From NCBI GenBank assembly GCA_964404765.1, contig CAYOLL010000010.1:159-64158 (forward strand): a stretch of DNA of 64,000 nt, given 5' to 3'. The DNA is from an uncultured Gemmatimonadota bacterium (GTDB taxonomy: Bacteria > 4572-55). The notes under the pieces were generated by a model. It saw only the letters and a program-made list of their open reading frames with translations, searched no databases and was not told the DNA's origin. The stretch's first letter is position 1. Each line of letters starts with the position of its first letter. The translations under genes were made by a program, and so were the position numbers. Below, piece by piece: positions 57,836 to 64,000 of this stretch.

Positions 57836-58053
57836 ACAGGACTTGGTAGGTTAATGCACAATCCTCGTTCCCAAATTCTATTTTGGAACGCTTTTGCAGA
57901 CGGAATTGTGCTTCGTGTCTTGTTAATTTGGTTGAAGATAGGCGGAGACAGAGTTTCCGTGGCAAGTGCATTTCCAATCAGAGATTGGGAATGAGGTCCG
58001 TCGCTCAAATTCAAGTCAGACGGGCATTGCTAAAATAATCTTCCAAGTCCTGT
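57836..58053. mobile_element. 218-bp MITE-like element, ACAGGACTTGG family, copy 2, carrying a CTCGTTCCC REP (57864-57995)
   Basis: ACAGGACTTGGTAGGTTA / TAATCTTCCAAGTCCTGT termini; same length as 35777-35994 but unrelated interior; no TSD seen. Confidence 0.68.
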
Positions 58054-58076
58054 ATGGAAGCCTTCTTGAAGTAAAA

Positions 58077-58109
58077 AGCCTCTCGGCCTTCGGGTCGAGG
58101 GCTTTTTTT
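58077..58109 (+). terminator. Intrinsic terminator with UUCG loop
   Basis: AGCCTCTCGGCC-TTCG-GGTCGAGGGC followed by T7. Confidence 0.7.
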
Positions 58110-58373
58110 ATTGGCATTTAGGAGCTTGAATAATATCTTTGAACTCTGAGTCGGACAAACTGAAAAAGCATGGAATGCGGAAGAAGCAACTCTGCAGGAT
58201 TAACCCGGATCAAGATTCGTTCTCTTAGGCATTTACAGCCCGTTGAGCGAACTCGAACAAGAGAAAACCGTTTATTATTCCGTAGGAATAGGAATCTACA
58301 GCATTTATAGCTATAACTGAGAATCCATTTGAAACTCAAGACGGACGCTGGGAATGAGGGAGGACATATCGTG

Positions 58374-59264
58374 ATGAGAATTTTTTTGATAAGCCAATTA
58401 ATGGTTGTTTTTCTGGGCGCGCTGCAAGCGCAATCATTTGCCGATAGCACGATGGTCTATATTTACAACGCGCCGGAATCCGTGCTTGATCGTCGCTATG
58501 ATTATCAATGGGAAATATTAAAAACGGCCCTGGAAAAAACAACGGCTAAATACGGCGGCTATCGTTTGGAGCCGGCTGTTTCAATGTCGGAAGCGCGCCA
58601 GGCGCATGAGCTGAAAAATGTGACCGGCAGACTGACGGTGATGTATTTGGATACAAATCCGGAATTTGAAAAAACGCTTCTTCCGGTGCGGATTCCCGTT
58701 GATAAAAACCTGGTTGGCTTCCGTGTTTTTCTCATTCGCAAGGAAGATCAGCCCAAATTTCAGGCCATAAAGACACTGGATGATCTGCGGAAGTTTTCCA
58801 TTGGCGCGGGATCGGATTGGGCGGATGTGGCTATCCTCCGCAAAAGTGGTTTTACCGTGGTCACCGGCTCAGCTTATGACGGGCTGTTCGATATGCTGCA
58901 CAACAAGCGCTTTGATATTTTTTCGAGAGGAGCTGTTGAAATCATTGATGAATACGAGCAGCGCAAGGAAAAAATGCCCGATCTGCATATTGAGGAAACC
59001 ATTCTGCTTTATTACCCGTTGCCAATGTACTTTTGGTTTTCCAACACGCCGGCAGGCGCGCGTTTGGCCGAACGAGCCAAAGCCGGAATGCTGATGATGA
59101 TTGATGATGGAACGTACGACGCCATTTTTTTGAAATATCACCGGAAAGACATCAAAAAACTCAACTTGAAGGGCCGGAAAATATTTAAGATCGAAAACCC
59201 GCTCCTGGCGCCGGAGACCCCTTTTGATAACAAGCGTCTGTGGTATGATCCGTTGAAAAATTAA
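58374..59264 (+). CDS. Periplasmic substrate-binding protein (PBP2 / family 3-like)
   Basis: GGAGGA RBS then GTG/ATG (58371/58374); signal-like N-terminus; PVRIPVDKNLVGFRVFLI, LFDMLHNKRFDIFSRG, YYPLPMYFW. Confidence 0.75.
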   Translation: MRIFLISQLMVVFLGALQAQSFADSTMVYIYNAPESVLDRRYDYQWEILKTALEKTTAKYGGYRLEPAVSMSEARQAHELKNVTGRLTVMYLDTNPEFEKTLLPVRIPVDKNLVGFRVFLIRKEDQPKFQAIKTLDDLRKFSIGAGSDWADVAILRKSGFTVVTGSAYDGLFDMLHNKRFDIFSRGAVEIIDEYEQRKEKMPDLHIEETILLYYPLPMYFWFSNTPAGARLAERAKAGMLMMIDDGTYDAIFLKYHRKDIKKLNLKGRKIFKIENPLLAPETPFDNKRLWYDPLKN

Positions 59265-59316
59265 CAAGCTATTGCGCCCTTGCGAAGCTTCGCCAGGATA
59301 ACCAAAGGAGCGACCC

Positions 59317-60147
59317 ATGACATCTATTCGTTCTATTCACAGAAAAAAATTTTTGATCTTTTGCCTGTGTCTGATGGGGGCCGCGTTAGCGCCAGCGCCG
59401 GGTTTTAGCGCCGCGCCGGACACGCTCGTCATCGTCGTTGAGGATGATGCCGCGCCCTGGTCGCAACCGGATGGCGCCGGATTTGCGAACGAAGCCGTCA
59501 TTGCGGCTTTTAAAGCAAGCGGTGTGACGGCTAAACTGCAAGTTGTGCCCTATGCCCGCTGCAAGCGAATGGTCATTGAGGGCGATGCCGCGGCGTGTTT
59601 TAGCATGTCGCCCGCCCCGGAGCTGGCCGAAACCGTGGTTATGTCGAACCAGCCGTTGTTTGTTTGTTATGCCGATTATTTCTATAACGCAAGCAATCCC
59701 CCCAAAGTCCATACCCAGGCGGATCTGCCGCCGAAAACAACGGTGGGCACGGTCATTGGCTACGAATATCCGCCGGCTTTCGAACAACTGAAGCAAAAAG
59801 GAATTATCACGCTTGATGAATCCCCATCGGAAGAGATGAACCTTAAAAAGCTGGTCCGCGGCCGGGTAAACCTGGCGATCGTGAATTATAACGACATAAA
59901 ATCGGCGGAATACATCATGACCCGGGCGGGCGTGACCGGTCAGGTAAAAGTCGGCTTTCGCGCCGGGGTCTTGAATTCTTACATCGGTTTCAGCAAAAAA
60001 CATTCTCACGGGCTTTGGGCGTTGGGTCGGTTTAATGCCGGCTTTCAGATCATCACTGCTAACGGCGAGTTACGACGCATCGAAAAAGCGTGGATAGAAA
60101 AGATGAAAGTGAAAACAGCCACGCAACTGCCTGAGAAGAATAAATAG
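59317..60147 (+). CDS. Substrate-binding protein, family 3-like
   Basis: Signal peptide; EDDAAPWS..DGAGFA, VPYARC, GTVIGYEY, NLKKLVRGRV, FNAGFQII. Confidence 0.8.
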   Translation: MTSIRSIHRKKFLIFCLCLMGAALAPAPGFSAAPDTLVIVVEDDAAPWSQPDGAGFANEAVIAAFKASGVTAKLQVVPYARCKRMVIEGDAAACFSMSPAPELAETVVMSNQPLFVCYADYFYNASNPPKVHTQADLPPKTTVGTVIGYEYPPAFEQLKQKGIITLDESPSEEMNLKKLVRGRVNLAIVNYNDIKSAEYIMTRAGVTGQVKVGFRAGVLNSYIGFSKKHSHGLWALGRFNAGFQIITANGELRRIEKAWIEKMKVKTATQLPEKNK

Positions 60148-60178
60148 ACAGCTTTGAGAAACCATTGGACCTGAAACT

Positions 60179-62377
60179 ATGAGAACGCTATCAACAATTT
60201 CGGCTCGAATTCTGCTTACGGTTGCGCTGACGGTCATCGGCGTCATCGGATTTTCAAGCATCATCGAGTTGTATTTTATCCATCAGCGGGAAAAGGCTAA
60301 TTTCCAGCAAAGAATCAACATCACTTCAAATCGGATCACCAACGGCCTTTCCTATCCGCTATGGAATCTAAACCGGGCCGAAGCCGAAAAAGCCCTTATC
60401 AACGAAATGGGATCGCCCGATATCCTGGCCGCACTGGTGTTTGATGAACATAACCGCCTCTATGTCGGCCTGATAAAAGACCCGGCCAACACGCTCAAAG
60501 CCCGTGACAGCCTGGAAGGGGTGGATTATGATCTTCTGAGCGCCGCCGTTGATTCGATCACCCAGGAAATTGTTCATAAAGAAGCCGTTATCGGCGCGGC
60601 TAAGCTTTACTTTACCGACGCTTATCTGCGCGCCCAAATCCGAGAATTACGCCTAAGTGTGATATTTCGAATACTGTCGCTGATCGTTACGCTATCGCTG
60701 GTCATGTTCATCGCCTTGCAGAAACTTATCGTCCGTCCGCTCAACGTGCTTAAAAAATGGGTGGAATCTATGCCGGTCCGGAGCGCCGCGCCGCCGCAAT
60801 TTAAGCGCTCGCTGGAAATAAACGCCCTGGCTCAGGCATTTGGCGACATGTCGCTAAAGCTGCAACATAAACGAGATGAACTGGAAATAGAGCGGGCAAA
60901 TCTGGAATTACGTGTGGTACAACGAACAGAAGAATTACAAGCGGAAGTTAAGGAGCATCAGCAAACTGGGCAAAATCTGGAGAAGGCCAAAATTGCCGCG
61001 GAAGCGGCCAATCAGGCCAAGAGCGCTTTTTTGGCAAACATGAGCCACGAACTGCGCACCCCGCTCAACGGCATTTTGGGTTTTGCCCAAATCTTACACC
61101 GGGACGCCACTTTAACCGCCGAGCAGAAAAACGGTCTGCGCATCATCGAAAAAAGCGGCGAGCACCTGCTAACGCTGATCAACGACATTCTGGACCTGTC
61201 CAAAATCGAAGCCGACAGACTGGAGCTGCAAACGGACGTCTTTAACTTAAACGTCTTTTTGGAGAACATTCTGGAAATGACGCGGCCGCGCGCCAACAGC
61301 AAGACGCTCGAACTTGTTGTTCAAAAATCGACGGCTTTGCCGGTCTTTGTCCGTGGTGATGAACGCCGGCTGCGCCAGGTAATGCTCAATTTGTTGGGCA
61401 ACGCCGTCAAGTTTACCAAACAGGGCCGAGTGACTTTCATCATCGAGCCTGAGTCTGCCGGCCACATCCGCTTCAGTATCCAGGACACCGGCGTCGGTAT
61501 CCCGGCTGACAGAATTGACCGCCTGTTTGAGCCTTTTTTGCGGATTGACACGCCGGGCCAATATGTGGAAGGTTCGGGCTTGGGTCTGGCCATCAGCCGG
61601 CGGCTGACGCGCTTGATGGGCGGCGATTTGACGATTCAAAGCGCGCCGGGCCAGGGCAGCGTATTTACGGTGACGGCGCCGCTGCCGGAGACCGATCAAC
61701 TGTCGACAACTCCTGCGCCGACGGAGACGCGACCCGTCGTTGGCTACCAGGGTGAACGCCGCCGGATTTTGATTGTGGACGACAAGTCCGATAACCGGCT
61801 GCTGTTGCTCAATCTGCTTACGTCGCTGGGGTTTGAGACGCTGGAGGCCGACAACGGTCAGGCGGGAATTGAGCAGGCGCTGGCTGGCAAACCGGACGCG
61901 ATTCTGATGGATTTGGTGATGCCGATATTGGACGGTTACCAGACTACGCGACGGCTGAGAGAAAACACTGTGACCAGAGATATGGTGATTATCGCCGTTT
62001 CGGCCAGCGCCTTTGAGCATGACCGGCAGAGTAGTCTGGCGGCCGGCTGCACCGACTTTCTGCCCAAGCCGATTCAAATAAACGATTTGCTGGAACAACT
62101 GCGGCGCTATCTTCGACTGGAATGGGTTTATGAAGAAGCGCCTGTAGAATTGATTGTGCCGGTTGGGGCAGCGATGGTTCACCCGCCTAAAAAACGCCTG
62201 GATTTTTTGTGGCAATTGGCTGCGGGCGGCGACGTGATGGGTATTGATAATCAGTTGACGGAACTCGAACATGAGGACGCCGTGTTTATGCCGTTCATCA
62301 CCAAAATTCGGGCCATGACTGCCGATTTTGATATGAAGCGTATCCGCGAGTTTTTGGAAAATACGCCTGCAAGCTAA
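60179..62377 (+). CDS. Hybrid sensor histidine kinase (2 TM, HAMP-like, HisKA, HATPase, REC)
   Basis: FLANMSHELRTPLNGI, NLLGNAVKFT, DTGVGI, GSGLGLAIS, ILIVDD, ILMDLVMP. Confidence 0.93.
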   Translation: MRTLSTISARILLTVALTVIGVIGFSSIIELYFIHQREKANFQQRINITSNRITNGLSYPLWNLNRAEAEKALINEMGSPDILAALVFDEHNRLYVGLIKDPANTLKARDSLEGVDYDLLSAAVDSITQEIVHKEAVIGAAKLYFTDAYLRAQIRELRLSVIFRILSLIVTLSLVMFIALQKLIVRPLNVLKKWVESMPVRSAAPPQFKRSLEINALAQAFGDMSLKLQHKRDELEIERANLELRVVQRTEELQAEVKEHQQTGQNLEKAKIAAEAANQAKSAFLANMSHELRTPLNGILGFAQILHRDATLTAEQKNGLRIIEKSGEHLLTLINDILDLSKIEADRLELQTDVFNLNVFLENILEMTRPRANSKTLELVVQKSTALPVFVRGDERRLRQVMLNLLGNAVKFTKQGRVTFIIEPESAGHIRFSIQDTGVGIPADRIDRLFEPFLRIDTPGQYVEGSGLGLAISRRLTRLMGGDLTIQSAPGQGSVFTVTAPLPETDQLSTTPAPTETRPVVGYQGERRRILIVDDKSDNRLLLLNLLTSLGFETLEADNGQAGIEQALAGKPDAILMDLVMPILDGYQTTRRLRENTVTRDMVIIAVSASAFEHDRQSSLAAGCTDFLPKPIQINDLLEQLRRYLRLEWVYEEAPVELIVPVGAAMVHPPKKRLDFLWQLAAGGDVMGIDNQLTELEHEDAVFMPFITKIRAMTADFDMKRIREFLENTPAS

Positions 62378-62412
62378 AAAATAACAAATTACCGGAAAAA
62401 TTTACGATTGCT

Positions 62413-64000
62413 ATGACGCACAGCCACGATCTTGATCACATCCGTGACCGTCTGGTCAACATGACCTTGCTGACGTTTACGCTATTTATCCTGCCGACCT
62501 TGGCCGCCTCTTTGAGCCGAGCCAGGGACATCGGCTGGCAGCCGGTGCATTTGCTGCATATCTTGTTGACTTCCATGCTCATCTTGTGCTATTTCCTCCG
62601 CAACAAATTGCCGCTGCGCTGGAAAATTCACACCGTTCTGGCGGCGTTTTTTTTAGTCGGCGCAGGCGGGACCTATTCGTTAGGCTTGTCTGGGGCCCCC
62701 GTCGTTTTCGTCGTCTGCAGTGCGTTGGCGACTATTTATTCCGGCCGTCGGGCCGGCATATTATATCTTGTCGGCGGGCTTGTTTTTTGTATTTCCATTG
62801 GTCTTGGATATATGACCGGCGCGTTGACGCCAATGACAGACCTGAATCGCTACAACACCTTGCCCACAGCCTGGGTCACCCACCTTATGAGCATTGCCTT
62901 CTTTTCGACAATCCTGATCGCTTCCATTGGCCTATTCCATACTTTTTTGCTGAATTCCGTCAATAATTTGCAGAAAATGGCCGCCGAGTTTAAGGAAAGC
63001 GAGGAGCGTTTCCGTCTGATTGCCGATTATGCTCTTGACTGGGAAGTCTATCGTGATAAAGATGGGAAAATAGTATATATCAACCCGGCTTTTGAGCGGA
63101 TCACCGGCTATCCGGTGGCGGAATATTCGGATGAGTTGCTGTGGAAAATCATCCACCCGGACGATGTGGACGAGGCGATAAAAGCATTTCAGCAGACCGT
63201 GGCGGGCGAGGCTGTCACGGATTATGCGGTAAGAATCCTTCATAAAAGCGGTCACATCCGGCACGTCAGCGCTTCGACCCAACCCGTTATTTTGCCCGAC
63301 GGCTCCTACGCCGGTTACCGCGCCAATTTGCGAGATGTCAGCGAGCAAAAACAGGCGGCGGATTTGTTATGGGAAAGCAGCGAACTCTTAACCGCGTTGA
63401 ATCATGCTCTGGCGCTTTATTTGGGCGCTGCCGATTTACGCTCGTCATTTGACGAACTCCTGCGCGTTTTATTGGAGGTTACCCACAGTGAGTTTGGCTT
63501 TATTGGGGAAGCGCTGCTTAAAGATGACAAGCCCTATCTCAAGACGTATGCGATTACCAACATTGCCTGGGACGATGCAACCCGCAAATTTTATGACGAG
63601 AATGCGCCGAAGGGCATGGAATTTTTGAACCTCAATACGCTGTTTGGCGCTGTCATGACCGGCGGACAACCGGTCATTGCCAACGATCCGGCCAACGACC
63701 CGCGACGCGGCGGCCTGCCCGCGGGTCATCCGGGCATGCGCGCTTTTTTGGGAGTGCCGCTTTATTATGCCGGTCAGATGGTCGGCATGATCGGGGTCGC
63801 CAATCGCCCGGGTGGTTACAACCAGGCTATTGTCGAAAAATTAAGCCCCTTCCTGCGCACTTGCGGTTTGCTGATCCACGTCTGGCGCAATGAAAACAGT
63901 CGCCGGCAGGCGGAAGAAGCTCTGCGTCGCAGCGAGGAGGAAGTCCGCCGCCTGAACGCCGGTTTGGAAGACCGGGTGATGGAACGCACCCGGCAGTTGC
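62413..64000 (+). CDS. Membrane sensor protein with PAS and GAF domains; partial, runs off the window (probably a kinase)
   Basis: Not in the ORF track (no stop). From ATG 62413: several TM helices, ESEERFRLIA, INPAFERITGY, IHPDD (PAS), GAF segment ANDPRRGGLPAGHPGMRAFLGVPL, coiled coil LEDRVMERTRQL. Confidence 0.85.
   Translation, partial: MTHSHDLDHIRDRLVNMTLLTFTLFILPTLAASLSRARDIGWQPVHLLHILLTSMLILCYFLRNKLPLRWKIHTVLAAFFLVGAGGTYSLGLSGAPVVFVVCSALATIYSGRRAGILYLVGGLVFCISIGLGYMTGALTPMTDLNRYNTLPTAWVTHLMSIAFFSTILIASIGLFHTFLLNSVNNLQKMAAEFKESEERFRLIADYALDWEVYRDKDGKIVYINPAFERITGYPVAEYSDELLWKIIHPDDVDEAIKAFQQTVAGEAVTDYAVRILHKSGHIRHVSASTQPVILPDGSYAGYRANLRDVSEQKQAADLLWESSELLTALNHALALYLGAADLRSSFDELLRVLLEVTHSEFGFIGEALLKDDKPYLKTYAITNIAWDDATRKFYDENAPKGMEFLNLNTLFGAVMTGGQPVIANDPANDPRRGGLPAGHPGMRAFLGVPLYYAGQMVGMIGVANRPGGYNQAIVEKLSPFLRTCGLLIHVWRNENSRRQAEEALRRSEEEVRRLNAGLEDRVMERTRQL

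Noticed and set aside
58335-58352. CTCAAGACGGACGCTGGG, a 16/18 match to the att-like core region
   Set aside because: Ambiguous: similarity does not extend either side and it runs into GGGAATGAG, the end of the CTCGTTCCC REP family; too short to call a further att remnant.
1-64000. tRNA, rRNA or a confidently assignable riboswitch
   Set aside because: No cloverleaf or rRNA-like tract recognised; candidate leaders at 25085-25235 and 37768-37879 do not match a family well enough to name.

Overview
Chromosomal window from a Gram-negative bacterium, probably FCB-superphylum (two giant proteins end in FlgD-Ig/T9SS-type C-terminal sorting domains; TonB-dependent receptor; GWxTD protein). 1-24.5 kb is mostly housekeeping and signalling: GGR-family reductase + ferredoxin, GWxTD, PilZ, metallophosphoesterase, TBDR, ABC permease, PMM/PGM, SpoIIE phosphatase, tricorn protease, esterase, two MNT/HEPN loci, GH13 amylase-like protein, 7TM-DISM kinase + LuxR regulator. 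25.5-46.8 kb is a tandem array of two-gene modules: a signal-peptide-bearing, phage-tail-fibre-like protein with an S74 autocleaving chaperone, followed by a 2300-2600 aa LamG/CTD protein. Two modules are intact and a third fibre gene is degenerate. 46.7-57.7 kb is an integrase-less defence cassette (SNF2-DUF3883 helicase, OLD-like ATPase/TOPRIM, DUF1156 methylase, DUF499 ATPase) bracketed by a 59-bp duplication of the last 18 codons and stop of the giant gene. 58-64 kb holds two substrate-binding proteins and two sensor proteins. The window is rich in small non-autonomous elements (MITEs with 15-bp and 8-bp target duplications, several REP-like hairpin families, heptamer arrays, a 33-bp double palindrome), several of which lie in frame inside proteins. 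No rRNA, tRNA, CRISPR array, transposase, integrase or reverse transcriptase was seen. All family assignments come from motifs read by eye; no database searches were run.
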